Virus record (IMG/VR): IMGVR_UViG_3300025103_000084
Coordinates: 1 to 33,530 of that record
DNA length: 33,530 nucleotides
Reading direction: 5' to 3' (one strand)
Source: a virus
Taxonomy: Duplodnaviria > Caudoviricetes
In this document: positions 9,404 to 18,788 of the stretch, piece after piece
Numbering within the stretch: the stretch's first letter is position 1
Layout: each line of letters opens with the position of its first letter
Made by a program: the position numbers and the translations under genes
Notes under the pieces: model-generated
The model's input: the letters and a program-made list of their open reading frames with translations, nothing else
The model's database searches: none
What the model was told of the DNA's origin: nothing

Positions 9404-10626
9404 TGGCCTTTAAAGTACCATTTGGGATAGATAGCAGCAAGTTTAAAGCTGGCTTAAAAGATATGCGGGCAGGCGTAAAAGAGTTTGGCAAAAAGGTTGA
9501 GGGGGATTTAACATCAGGTAATAGAGGCTTTTTGAAGGCGGCTGGCAATATTGGTTTAGTCACAGCTGCTTTAACTGGTGCAATTGGCGCGGTTGGCTTA
9601 CTGGCAAGACGCGGTATAGCTATGGGTAATAACATAAGTAATCAAGCAGCTGAGGCAAAAACAAGCGTTGAAGGGTTACAAGTTGCATTAAATCTTGGTG
9701 AAGATGCAGGCGCACAGAGCGAACAGGTTGTTGCAGCTCTAAAGAATATCAATACTAGAGCGGTAGATGCGGCGAACGGAGCTAAACAATATCAAGAAGC
9801 TTTGGCCCGGTTAAATATAGACTCTCAAAAGTTTAAAGATTTAGCGAGTGAACGAAAGCTTGAAGCGGTCGCTAAGGGCTTTGTAAATGCTGAAGATGAA
9901 GCACAAGCTTATAGAGATATATTAACCTTGCTTGGTGAAGATGCAGGCCCGAAACTTATTAAAGTTCTAGAGGAACTTGGGGCATCTGGATTCGACACGC
10001 TTAACGCTAAAATGAAGGAGTCAGGCCGAATAATCGAAAAAGACGTTATAGAACAGATTGACGAAGCGGCCAAAGCTTTTAATAAACTTCAAAAATTTAT
10101 TGATACTCAGTCAGCAAAAGGCGCTGGCAATCTTGCGTCTTTGCTTGGCTTTGGAACAAAAAGAGATAAAGAGCTATTAACAGCAGAGTTAGCCGATATG
10201 ATGACATTTGGAATCGCTGACTTTACAGGGATAGTTTTAGAAAAAGTAGGAAAACAAGAAGATTTAAGGGTAAAAACAGAGGTCGAGAATAGAAAGAGCG
10301 AAGCTAGAATAGCGGAAATAGATAAAGAAATAGCAAGGTTGGAATCTCTTTCACCCGAGAATAAAGCGAAGCGTGAAAAAATACAGAAAGATAAAGCGTT
10401 CAATGAAGGAATATTTGGTAAGTTTATAAAACCTCAAAAAGAAAAAGGCTTTCAGGGTGTGCCTGTGTCTTCTCTTCAATCTATCGGCGGTGGCGGGGCT
10501 GTTGGTGGTGTTAATAGGGTTGTTGGTATGGATATAAAAAGAAACACTTTACTTGAACAGATTGTTAAAAATACCTCTGAAAATAATGACGGTGCGGGGG
10601 ATTCTACCGGCGCAAGGTTAGGATAA
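9403..10626 (+). CDS. Tail tape measure protein (short, 407 aa)
   Basis: N-terminal FGIDSSKFKAGL, Ala/Gly-rich helical body with a hydrophobic segment. Confidence 0.85.
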   Translation: MAFKVPFGIDSSKFKAGLKDMRAGVKEFGKKVEGDLTSGNRGFLKAAGNIGLVTAALTGAIGAVGLLARRGIAMGNNISNQAAEAKTSVEGLQVALNLGEDAGAQSEQVVAALKNINTRAVDAANGAKQYQEALARLNIDSQKFKDLASERKLEAVAKGFVNAEDEAQAYRDILTLLGEDAGPKLIKVLEELGASGFDTLNAKMKESGRIIEKDVIEQIDEAAKAFNKLQKFIDTQSAKGAGNLASLLGFGTKRDKELLTAELADMMTFGIADFTGIVLEKVGKQEDLRVKTEVENRKSEARIAEIDKEIARLESLSPENKAKREKIQKDKAFNEGIFGKFIKPQKEKGFQGVPVSSLQSIGGGGAVGGVNRVVGMDIKRNTLLEQIVKNTSENNDGAGDSTGARLG

Positions 10627-10629
10627 ATT

Positions 10630-11328
10630 ATGGCTAAAGTTACACATGGATCAAAAACAAATACTTTACAGCTCCAACCTGGATGGACTTTGGTTAATCA
10701 CTTTGATCAAACAATTACGGGCACGGGCGTTTTTAAAGTTGATAAAGATAAGGCTTTCACTAATCCACCAAGAATAGGCGACCCACACCCATTTAATGGC
10801 GATGTAAGAGTTATTAATTTCTCTCTATCTGGTGGGGCCTTACAATATGAGTATTCAGTACAGTATTTCGGGCTTCAGGCTTCCCCGACAAAATCAATAT
10901 ATAGTTACTATACCTCTCTATCCGAGGAGCCGATAGAAACACATCCAGATTTTAAAACCTTTGGCGGTACGGCTGACGCACCAGGACCGGGGGCCGTTTT
11001 TGACTCTGTGACTAAATTATTTGAAGGCTTTAATGATCTGGCTCCACAAGATTTAATAGGTGGGCGCGGTTATTTGACTGGTCAAGGATCTATTAGGCGC
11101 ACATTTTATACTACTAGTGTCTTTACTGGCATGGAAGATATAACGACCACAAGAGAGCTAAAAGAAGGCGTTGTCCCTGGTGTGTCTGAAGCTCAGAATG
11201 TACTAAAGACAAATTGGTCTAGTGAATTAATAGGTAATAACTTTTACAGAGTTACAGAAGAATATCTATTAAGTGGTAGTGCTGGATGGAGTGAAACAAT
11301 ATACGAGAGTTCCGGAAATGTCGAGTAA
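10630..11328 (+). CDS. Tail tip / distal tail protein
   Basis: Follows tape measure gene; GDPHP and EEPIETHPDF motifs, beta-rich. Confidence 0.55.
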   Translation: MAKVTHGSKTNTLQLQPGWTLVNHFDQTITGTGVFKVDKDKAFTNPPRIGDPHPFNGDVRVINFSLSGGALQYEYSVQYFGLQASPTKSIYSYYTSLSEEPIETHPDFKTFGGTADAPGPGAVFDSVTKLFEGFNDLAPQDLIGGRGYLTGQGSIRRTFYTTSVFTGMEDITTTRELKEGVVPGVSEAQNVLKTNWSSELIGNNFYRVTEEYLLSGSAGWSETIYESSGNVE

Positions 11329-11719
11329 TAACCCTTATAGGACAGACCCTTTTAAAAGAAATGATCGTTTAACGGCGGCACATCTAGAGACTTTAAGAGA
11401 TGGTACAAGTTCGAATATACAGCTAAGGAACCCGGATAACTTTGTCAAAAGATACCCTAACGGTCATATATTGACTAGTAAAAAAAAGTCTAAAGGCGGT
11501 GCACAGAGACCGTATATAATCATTACAACAGCGACTGACGAAAATAATTATATAGGTGATGTCATAAAACCTACTGACGCGACGGTGATAAAGAGCGGCG
11601 TAACTATTAAGGCTTTACAGCCTAGCGGTGGCGGGGCTTTGCCAATTGGTACAGAGTTTTTTGCTGATTTTGCTGATGATGTTTATTACATACAGCCAGC
11701 CGTATTTTACGGGACGTAG
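11318..11719 (+). CDS. Tail tip-associated protein (start moved to ATG 11318)
   Basis: ATG overlaps the end of the previous gene; DRLTAAHLETL motif resembles tail proteins. Confidence 0.5.
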   Translation: MSSNNPYRTDPFKRNDRLTAAHLETLRDGTSSNIQLRNPDNFVKRYPNGHILTSKKKSKGGAQRPYIIITTATDENNYIGDVIKPTDATVIKSGVTIKALQPSGGGALPIGTEFFADFADDVYYIQPAVFYGT

Positions 11720-11723
11720 TTAA

Positions 11724-13001
11724 ATGGCAGATACAAAATGGTTGGACCCTGAAAACTGGACTCTTGCAGATTGGGAAGATGATACTTTAACCGTTATAGT
11801 AAGTGCTTTATGGGATACCCTGAAGGGCGCTTCTGACGAAAGACAGGCTTTTATTGAACAAGAGTTTTCAGCCAGTTTTAATACTGACAATGAATTCCCT
11901 GACTTTAACCAGCTTATGAGCATATTTTTATCTGGTGGGGCAGTTACTCCCAATGATTCGGACAGGATTGAAAACGCTTTAAATAATACAAGCGGAACTT
12001 ATTTTGATTTTGTAAAAACAGATACACTAGCCGCTAATGGGACAACTGTAGTCGATTCCGTAAGGGCAGATTATATAAGTCTATCTGATATGCTAACGGA
12101 TGTCTTCGGTTATAGCACAGGAACTCTTTTACATGTATTAGACACTTTAAGCGGCAACCGAAATGCCATATTAAAAATGGCATGGGTAAAGCAATGGTAC
12201 GAGGTTTTGAATTATACGCAGTATTATGCGAGACAAATAATAAATGTTACAGATGACTTTTTTTCAGAAATTCAAACTCAAGCCACAGCATTAACAGTTA
12301 TATATACTACTAATAATGTCTTAGGGACATTAAATAGAGCTAATGCAAATTACACCAATCCACCTAATCCGCTAATAGATTTATACGTCGCTAATGACTT
12401 AAACGAGACAGCGCCATTTTCTACACCACAGGAAGTTTATGACTACACAGAACTAACTTTTAGCGGTCAGGCATCCGGCGCGGACTGGGAGACAGTTACA
12501 GACGTAAGGAGTTATATTGTTGCTAGCCATGCGGGCATGAATATAGAATTACCAGTTACAGGAGCTGAAACAAAATACACGTCAGGTATATCAAGGACTA
12601 GAATTAGATTTAAAGTAACAGACAATAAAAGAGCCTTATCTCCTAATACATATATTTCAGTACTTAAACAATATTTATTTTTAATAGAGTCGGCAACTAA
12701 TACATTTAATGATTTCAATATTGGTTTAAATGAGCGAGAGACAAACCTTTTCACACTGAGTCCAGATGGTAGCGATTATTACTATCTTGAGCAAACTACA
12801 CAGCCAGATTTTACTCTTTTCACAGTTCCGCCTTATCCGGCTACAGATGGAACTACAGAGAATAACGGCGAAGGTTATAGACAATTCTCGTTGAATGAAA
12901 ATACTAATGTTACAACTCCGGTACTTGGAAGTAATTTTACAGATATATTAATAGAGGCTAATAATTCAGACGGAACATCATTTGAATATTATAGTCCATA
13001 A
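11724..13001 (+). CDS. Acidic Thr/Asn-rich tail or virion protein
   Basis: 425 aa ORF in the tail operon. Confidence 0.55.
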   Translation: MADTKWLDPENWTLADWEDDTLTVIVSALWDTLKGASDERQAFIEQEFSASFNTDNEFPDFNQLMSIFLSGGAVTPNDSDRIENALNNTSGTYFDFVKTDTLAANGTTVVDSVRADYISLSDMLTDVFGYSTGTLLHVLDTLSGNRNAILKMAWVKQWYEVLNYTQYYARQIINVTDDFFSEIQTQATALTVIYTTNNVLGTLNRANANYTNPPNPLIDLYVANDLNETAPFSTPQEVYDYTELTFSGQASGADWETVTDVRSYIVASHAGMNIELPVTGAETKYTSGISRTRIRFKVTDNKRALSPNTYISVLKQYLFLIESATNTFNDFNIGLNERETNLFTLSPDGSDYYYLEQTTQPDFTLFTVPPYPATDGTTENNGEGYRQFSLNENTNVTTPVLGSNFTDILIEANNSDGTSFEYYSP

Positions 13002-13024
13002 GTTGACAATCCCTAAAAAGTAAA
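13001..13024 (+). promoter_or_regulatory. Late-gene motif AGTTGACAAT, copy 4
   Basis: 39 nt before ATG 13040. Confidence 0.65.
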
Positions 13025-13039
13025 AAAAAATGGTACACT

Positions 13040-14980
13040 ATGAGTTTTAAAAAACAATTATGGATAAACACGGACACAAGACAATTAGTTCAAGGTTTTT
13101 TACAGAGTTTAGCCGAAACAAACATAACTTTTACACAGGGTGACACAGTACCATTAAACATATATTTACTTAAGCAGCTAACAAACAATCAAGGCCGCCC
13201 ATTTCAAAATATTGAGCTCACAAATGAAACTTTAAAGGTGGCATTGGGACGACTTGACGAAAAAGCCACAGGGGGAACTTTTACGCTTTCCTTTGATGGA
13301 GATGACACAGGCGCATTACCTTATAATGATTCATCATCTAATATTGATACCGCCTTAAATGCGTTAACGTCTGTTATTGCAGCCGGTGGCGTTATTGTCT
13401 CTGGTGATGATTCCGGACCATGGACAGTTACTTTTAATAACGATGGGGCGCGGTCTTCAATTATGGCTGATGCCGCTTCAGTTACTCCGTTATCTGATTT
13501 AATAGTGACAACGGTTACGGAGGGAGACGGCAGTACTCAAGAAGTCCAGGTACTTAAGTTAAAAGAATCTCCTGTAGCGGTACAATCCACCTTTACAATA
13601 ATCGCATCTCCAACAATTGCAGTTACAGAAGTGATAGAAGGTGCTTCGGGTATTAATGAAATCCAGAAAGTGAAGATTGATCAAGTTTGTCAAGACGGTA
13701 GTTTTACATTGAGTTTTGATAGTTCCTCAGCTGTTATAAATTACGGCTCAAGAGCTGACCAAGTAGTTACCGCTCTTGAATCTACAGCGGGGATATCTTC
13801 AGGAGATGTCGCAGTTCAAAAGCTTTCTGACATTGAATATAATATCACTTTTACCGGATCACTTGCAGGAGCACCGCAAAGCTTAATTATTGCAGACTCT
13901 TCTGGCTTAATTGGTTTTTCAGGTTTTGAGGCAGATTTGAATCTCGGTAGTTATGCCGTTGAGCAATTATTAAACGGACTAGATCAAAATGAAGAAGCTG
14001 TCTTTGAGGTTGAATTAAATTTATCGGGTGATAAAACAACAGTTTTAAAAATACCTGCAATCTTACAAAATGATCTAATCGACGAAAGTGTAACGACTCC
14101 ACCTAATAACGGTATAGACTGGGACGCACTATTAGCCGAAAAGGTTACCGGGCCAGCTTCAGCCGTTGAGGATAATTTATTATTATTTGATGGGACAACG
14201 GGCAAGCTTGTTAAAGATAGCGGCGTAAATATAACAACTTTTACTGATTCATTAGCCGAAAAGGTTACCGGGCCAGCTTCGGCAATTGATGGCAATATTT
14301 CAACTTTTGACGCTACGACAGGTAAACTAATAGAAGATAGTGGTGTAAATATATCGGCGGTCAATGCTAATACTGCCAAGGTTACTAATGCAACCCACAG
14401 TGGCGACGCTAGTGGAGATACTACTTTAACACTTGCTACAGTTAACGCCAATGTGGGCAGCTTTACAAATTCTAATATCACAGTTAATGCAAAGGGTTTA
14501 ATCACCTCCGCGTCGAATGGAACAAGTGGGGCTATATCAATCGCAACTTACCAAGACCAAAAAGCAAGTGGCACGGCGGGCGGGTCAAGCGTTACAGGAG
14601 TACAGACCAGAACCATAAATACTGAAGTTTCTGACGTTGACAATATAGCTACTTTGTCAGCCAATGCTATTACGCCAATTGCGGGTAGGTATTTAGTAAT
14701 TGCCACATCACCAGCTAACCGCTCAAATGATCATAGAATTTATTTACATGACGGCACAAGCAATGTTTTACAGGGTGTTAATGCTTATAATGGAGGCGGT
14801 TATATTGTACAGACGTCTAGTACAATATGGGGATATATAAGTACGGCAGGTTCAACGGCTTACACAATAGAACATGAAATAAATAGATATCAAGCAACTA
14901 ATGGCCTTGGGCAGGCTGTAACCGATGGAAATTCTGAAATATACACTCAGGTAACTTTAATTAGATTAGGAGATCAATAA
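13040..14980 (+). CDS. Tail fibre / receptor-binding protein
   Basis: Two G(G/S)xFTLSFD domains, two GPASA..D.TTGKL..DSG repeats, a TVNAKGLITSAS fibre motif and a distinct C-terminal domain. Confidence 0.8.
   Translation: MSFKKQLWINTDTRQLVQGFLQSLAETNITFTQGDTVPLNIYLLKQLTNNQGRPFQNIELTNETLKVALGRLDEKATGGTFTLSFDGDDTGALPYNDSSSNIDTALNALTSVIAAGGVIVSGDDSGPWTVTFNNDGARSSIMADAASVTPLSDLIVTTVTEGDGSTQEVQVLKLKESPVAVQSTFTIIASPTIAVTEVIEGASGINEIQKVKIDQVCQDGSFTLSFDSSSAVINYGSRADQVVTALESTAGISSGDVAVQKLSDIEYNITFTGSLAGAPQSLIIADSSGLIGFSGFEADLNLGSYAVEQLLNGLDQNEEAVFEVELNLSGDKTTVLKIPAILQNDLIDESVTTPPNNGIDWDALLAEKVTGPASAVEDNLLLFDGTTGKLVKDSGVNITTFTDSLAEKVTGPASAIDGNISTFDATTGKLIEDSGVNISAVNANTAKVTNATHSGDASGDTTLTLATVNANVGSFTNSNITVNAKGLITSASNGTSGAISIATYQDQKASGTAGGSSVTGVQTRTINTEVSDVDNIATLSANAITPIAGRYLVIATSPANRSNDHRIYLHDGTSNVLQGVNAYNGGGYIVQTSSTIWGYISTAGSTAYTIEHEINRYQATNGLGQAVTDGNSEIYTQVTLIRLGDQ
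14131..14348 (+). repeat. 120-bp-period tandem duplication inside the tail fibre gene
   Basis: ATTAGCCGAAAAGGTTACCGGGCCAGCTTC identical at 14131-14160 and 14251-14280. Confidence 0.9.
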
Positions 14981-14981
14981 A

Positions 14982-15443
14982 ATGTGGCTTTATTTTACTA
15001 GGTCGAACGGAGACATTGATAGTATGCCAAATAGAGACGATTTAAAGACTTTAAAACAGAGAAAAGACTTTATCGGGGATGATGCAGAGAAGTTTAGTGT
15101 TCAAGAATCCGTAATAAACCCAATTTGGGACGGATCAAAATATATTAAAGACATAAATAATAAAGACTTAGAGAAAAAAGAGCTAAAGAGGATTAGAGAA
15201 GAATCTCTCAGTAATTGCACGGTTGAATTAAATGGTAATGTATATCAGACCCGGCCAAGTGATGAACCTAATTTCAGATTACGGATAGCAGGCCTAGAAT
15301 CAGGGCAAGAAACAAAGTGGATTTTAGAAAATGATGAAACTGTTACTGTCTCAAAGGAAGAACTTGAAGAGGTTTTTAACTTAGGTCTTTTGGCTAATGG
15401 TGCTATATGGGACGACTATATGCAAAAAAAAGAACAGTTATGA
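14982..15443 (+). CDS. Tail fibre assembly-like protein (DUF4376-like)
   Basis: Directly after the fibre gene; LKRIREE...LNGNVYQT...WILENDE pattern. Confidence 0.6.
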   Translation: MWLYFTRSNGDIDSMPNRDDLKTLKQRKDFIGDDAEKFSVQESVINPIWDGSKYIKDINNKDLEKKELKRIREESLSNCTVELNGNVYQTRPSDEPNFRLRIAGLESGQETKWILENDETVTVSKEELEEVFNLGLLANGAIWDDYMQKKEQL

Positions 15444-15847
15444 GTGATCAAGAATTGATTCAATGGTTTGTTAATCTGTCGATATACCCGGCACTTTCTG
15501 AGGCTATCGGCGAATATAACCCGTCACTAGATTATGCCGGACCGGAGAACAACAAAACCTTATCCCTATTTATACCGCGTACTCTATACGGTATAGATTG
15601 CAATCTTGCTTTTTATCACCATGATGGACTTTATGAGATTGGAGGGACGTCAAAGGACCGTTTTAAATCTGATATTGCAATGTTGGCGACTGCTTTGTTT
15701 ATCATCGAGCAAACGCCGGACAGATGGTTTCTTTGGGGCGGTAACTGGGCAAGACGGCATTTAGCGCGGGTAAGATTAATTAAATACTTTGAGTCAGTCA
15801 GGGCAGGCGGTAAAGACTCATTTAACTTTGAAAAATATAAAGTTTAA
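15440..15847 (+). CDS. DUF1353 / phospholipase A2-like protein (start moved to ATG 15440)
   Basis: DCNLAFYHHDGLY...DRFKSD His-Asp motif; ATGA overlap with the previous gene. Confidence 0.55.
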   Translation: MSDQELIQWFVNLSIYPALSEAIGEYNPSLDYAGPENNKTLSLFIPRTLYGIDCNLAFYHHDGLYEIGGTSKDRFKSDIAMLATALFIIEQTPDRWFLWGGNWARRHLARVRLIKYFESVRAGGKDSFNFEKYKV

Positions 15848-15921
15848 AGTAGTGTACATTTAGGTTGTTTTTTGTATATAGCTTTTTTTAACTTTTAATA
15901 ATAACTTAACAAGGTCAGTCA

Positions 15922-16302
15922 ATGAAAGAATTTATAGTCCCCGGATGTTTAGCAATTTTCACTCTATTCATTGGTTGGATTGGACGTATTAAAGCAAAGT
16001 CAGATAAAGCAGACGTGGAAAAAATCGTGAAAGATGAATTAATTTCAACTAATAAAGAGATTGAAGAACTTAAAAAGAAGCAAGAGTTTTTCAAAAATGC
16101 CATTCAAGAAATAACAAGATACAACGAACTGGCCGCGGAAAAATCAAAGAATACGAGAAAGAATATTCAAGAAACTTTAGACCGCCAAGAGAAAGACTTT
16201 AAAGACTTTGCAGAAGAACAAAGGCTGCACAATGAAAAGATGTTTAAAAAGGTCGGGGAGATCATAACAAAGCAAGCCGTTATGGATGCAACGCATCAAT
16301 GA
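15922..16302 (+). CDS. Membrane-anchored coiled-coil protein (holin- or i-spanin-like)
   Basis: Single N-terminal TM segment followed by a long charged coiled coil; at the end of the late operon. Confidence 0.5.
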   Translation: MKEFIVPGCLAIFTLFIGWIGRIKAKSDKADVEKIVKDELISTNKEIEELKKKQEFFKNAIQEITRYNELAAEKSKNTRKNIQETLDRQEKDFKDFAEEQRLHNEKMFKKVGEIITKQAVMDATHQ

Positions 16303-16475
16303 AGATTCTCTTCTTATCCTTGGTTATATTCCTTTCCTCTTGTACGATGACTGTAAAAAGCCCCGCGACTCAAATAGAGTATACAGGGGCTATATCAGAA
16401 AAGGGCATTTCAATCACTGCCGTTCCGCCGTTCTGGAAGTGGGCTGTTGACCTTTATAGTCACCTCTCTCAATAG
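16299..16475 (+). CDS. 58-aa lipoprotein, o-spanin candidate (not in ORF track)
   Basis: MKILFLSLVIFLSSC lipobox; ATGA overlap with the upstream gene; TAG at 16473-16475. Confidence 0.65.
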   Translation: MKILFLSLVIFLSSCTMTVKSPATQIEYTGAISEKGISITAVPPFWKWAVDLYSHLSQ

Positions 16476-16875
16476 CTGCAAACAAAGCCTGAACTATCGC
16501 GCTACAGTCGGCCCATTCCTTTTTAATCTTTTTATACTCCGCTTCAGTCACTTTTCCATCAAGTAAGCTTTCAGCTAAGACATTCATTAACTCTGTGAAT
16601 TCTTTCAGTAATGCCGGGATAACAGTGAAATCAGAAGCGCCTAATCTCTTCACGTCCCGGAAGAAAAAACCGTCTTGACTTGCTGCCAGGTATTGTATAA
16701 TCCTGTCGCCGTCTTCAGCATTCATGAAACCGATTACCTTGTCAAGCATAGAGTGTTTTGCCCGTCCGTCAATTTCGCGAACTACGGTATTTCTATGACA
16801 ACCTATATTAAACGCGATCTCTTTTATATTGCGCTCTGACGTTTCTTTTAATAGCTTCTGGTGTTCTTTATTCAT
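16414..16875 (-). CDS. Phage regulatory protein, CII/CP76-like
   Basis: N-terminal HTH (IKEIAFNIGCHRNTV) and C-terminal LLDGKVTEAEYKKIKKE motif. Confidence 0.7.
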   Translation of the reverse strand: MNKEHQKLLKETSERNIKEIAFNIGCHRNTVVREIDGRAKHSMLDKVIGFMNAEDGDRIIQYLAASQDGFFFRDVKRLGASDFTVIPALLKEFTELMNVLAESLLDGKVTEAEYKKIKKEWADCSAIVQALFAAIERGDYKGQQPTSRTAERQ

Positions 16876-17207
16876 TTTACATGATCCTTTATAATTAATC
16901 CCGCGGCTTCTCTTATCGCCGTAAATACTCTTTCAATCTTTGATACATCTTCTAAGCTTTCACAAAGAAAATACATTCCTTTCCACTCTTCTTTAAACTT
17001 CAATTCTCCTATAGAAAGCTTTCTTGCAGATGGGGAAAGGCTGCCGTCTTTTATTTCAATTGTCGCGGTCAGCTTATCCCTTGCTATAATAATATCTACA
17101 CAGTTTTTTAGCTGGTGGGTGTGCAAAACGCTAAAGCCTAGCTGTCTAAACTTGGCAACGATCTGTTTTTGGTTTCCGTCAACTTTGGCAGCTCTTCTGA
17201 AAGTCAC
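16872..17207 (-). CDS. PD-(D/E)XK nuclease (VRR-NUC / resolvase-like)
   Basis: RAAKVDGNQ...VDII...IEIKDG...RKLS motif. Confidence 0.75.
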   Translation of the reverse strand: MTFRRAAKVDGNQKQIVAKFRQLGFSVLHTHQLKNCVDIIIARDKLTATIEIKDGSLSPSARKLSIGELKFKEEWKGMYFLCESLEDVSKIERVFTAIREAAGLIIKDHVK

Positions 17208-17256
17208 TTGTATTATTCTCCTTTTTAGCTATATTGCAGTATAAATTTGTTCCCTG

Positions 17257-17302
17257 CCCCGCGGCCTTCTCTCCCTATCTCCTGCCGCGGGGTTCCTTTT
17301 TT
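17257..17302 (+). terminator. GC-rich hairpin with T-tract
   Basis: CCCCGCGGC...GCCGCGGGG followed by TTCCTTTTTT; large (18-nt) loop. Confidence 0.45.
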
Positions 17303-17315
17303 ATTAGATTCTACT

Positions 17316-17618
17316 TTAAAATGGTATTTCTGACTCTGGAACTTCTGTTAAATTTCCGGGCATTGGTGGCGGCTCGAAGGCTGGCGCGGGTTGCTGTTGA
17401 GGCTGGCTGTTTTGAGGCTCCCATGTATCAAGCTCGGCGTATACCTTACCAGACTGCCCACGCTTAACACTGACATTTACCCAACCGTTTTTATTGTGAG
17501 TATCAAGCCAGGCTTTAATCTCGTCAACTTTAAAAGATAATGAGCACAGTACAAAGTCCGGCGCGCGGTCGTTTCTCTTGGCTATTAATCCATCTACAAA
17601 TATTTTATCGTTGTTCAT
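17316..17618 (-). CDS. Single-stranded DNA-binding protein-like
   Basis: Beta-rich core, Gln/Pro linker, acidic C-terminal EIPF; sits in the recombination operon. Confidence 0.7.
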   Translation of the reverse strand: MNNDKIFVDGLIAKRNDRAPDFVLCSLSFKVDEIKAWLDTHNKNGWVNVSVKRGQSGKVYAELDTWEPQNSQPQQQPAPAFEPPPMPGNLTEVPESEIPF

Positions 17619-17619
17619 T

Positions 17620-17988
17620 TTATGCCATCCTTACAATTTTATTTCTTAGTTGTTCGTTTTCTCTTCTTAGATCTTCATAACCGTTTTCTTTAAGATCCTT
17701 TAACTCTTCTTCAAGACGTTTATTAATGCCGTCAATTTGCTCAATGCTTACAAGCAAGCCCTTAACGTATTGGTAGGATTGAGAATTATTATACCACTCC
17801 GATAAAGAATCGTTCGCGGATTGGTAAGATTCTTTCACTTCCTTAATCTCTTCTTTATGCTCAATCTTTAATTTAGATATTTTTTTGAGGTTGTTATTTA
17901 CTGCATCATAATATCCTATGGTTTGGATAAGTAGATCAACCTTATTAAGCTTTGAGAGCATCATTATTTCGTCTTCTCTTGTTCTCAT
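17620..17988 (-). CDS. Hypothetical coiled-coil protein
   Basis: Translationally coupled within the operon. Confidence 0.6.
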   Translation of the reverse strand: MRTREDEIMMLSKLNKVDLLIQTIGYYDAVNNNLKKISKLKIEHKEEIKEVKESYQSANDSLSEWYNNSQSYQYVKGLLVSIEQIDGINKRLEEELKDLKENGYEDLRRENEQLRNKIVRMA

Positions 17989-18788
17989 TTTTCTAACTCC
18001 TTTACTAGTTCATTTATATAATTTTGACACATTGCAACGCGTTCTTTAACCTTGTCAATAACTGCCGTATCACGCTCAATATGAAAAAGTTTGTATTTAT
18101 ATTTTGTGTCTATGTTTCTGTAAGTCATATACTTTCGGACCTCATGAAAAACGGCGCTTCCTTCTTCGCTCTTGTAATCAATGCCGGAATGATAACATTG
18201 GCTTTTAGCTTCACGCTCGATTAGGTGAAAAGGCGCATCCATGAGAGTGTAAGCAAGTGTAGCTTTAGGCTTATCGTACAACTCCATATAACATTGTAAC
18301 TGGTAGTAGTAATCCTTGTTTTTAATCCCATAATCATAAAGTGGGAAGGTGTCGAAATCCCAAGAATTCTTAATATCAATAATTGTGTCACTGGTGACAA
18401 TATCAGCGGTTCCGGTTAAAAAATCATTCTCTTTATATTCTTGGCACTTTTCCCAGTTTTCCAATAGTATTTGATTCAAAAATTCTATGCTTTGGTTTTC
18501 GCAAAAATTCCCTTTATCCGTATACTTAGACCGGAATTCTTTACGCCGCTTATAGATCTTCTCTTTTCGCCATTTTTGGCAGAATGTCTTAAGTCCTGCG
18601 GGTAATGGCGGATTGTTCAAAATTCCTATAAGCTTGTCATTCTCCGCAGCTTGTAAGGCGGTTAATTCTTTACCCGCTTTGACTTTATCCTGGAAGGTTT
18701 TAAGCTTCTTTTGTTGAGGCTCAGAAAGCCCCACATTTCCGGCCATGATGGAACCACAGGCTGAAGCCCTAATTTTAAAAGTCTTCAT
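17985..18788 (-). CDS. YqaJ / lambda-exonuclease family nuclease
   Basis: IRASACG, TGTAD, IIDIKN, YYYQLQCYM motifs. Confidence 0.85.
   Translation of the reverse strand: MKTFKIRASACGSIMAGNVGLSEPQQKKLKTFQDKVKAGKELTALQAAENDKLIGILNNPPLPAGLKTFCQKWRKEKIYKRRKEFRSKYTDKGNFCENQSIEFLNQILLENWEKCQEYKENDFLTGTADIVTSDTIIDIKNSWDFDTFPLYDYGIKNKDYYYQLQCYMELYDKPKATLAYTLMDAPFHLIEREAKSQCYHSGIDYKSEEGSAVFHEVRKYMTYRNIDTKYKYKLFHIERDTAVIDKVKERVAMCQNYINELVKELEK

Noticed and set aside
14131-14348. Repeat pair as a diversity-generating retroelement TR/VR
   Set aside because: Adjacent in-frame duplication, differences not confined to adenines, and no reverse transcriptase in the genome
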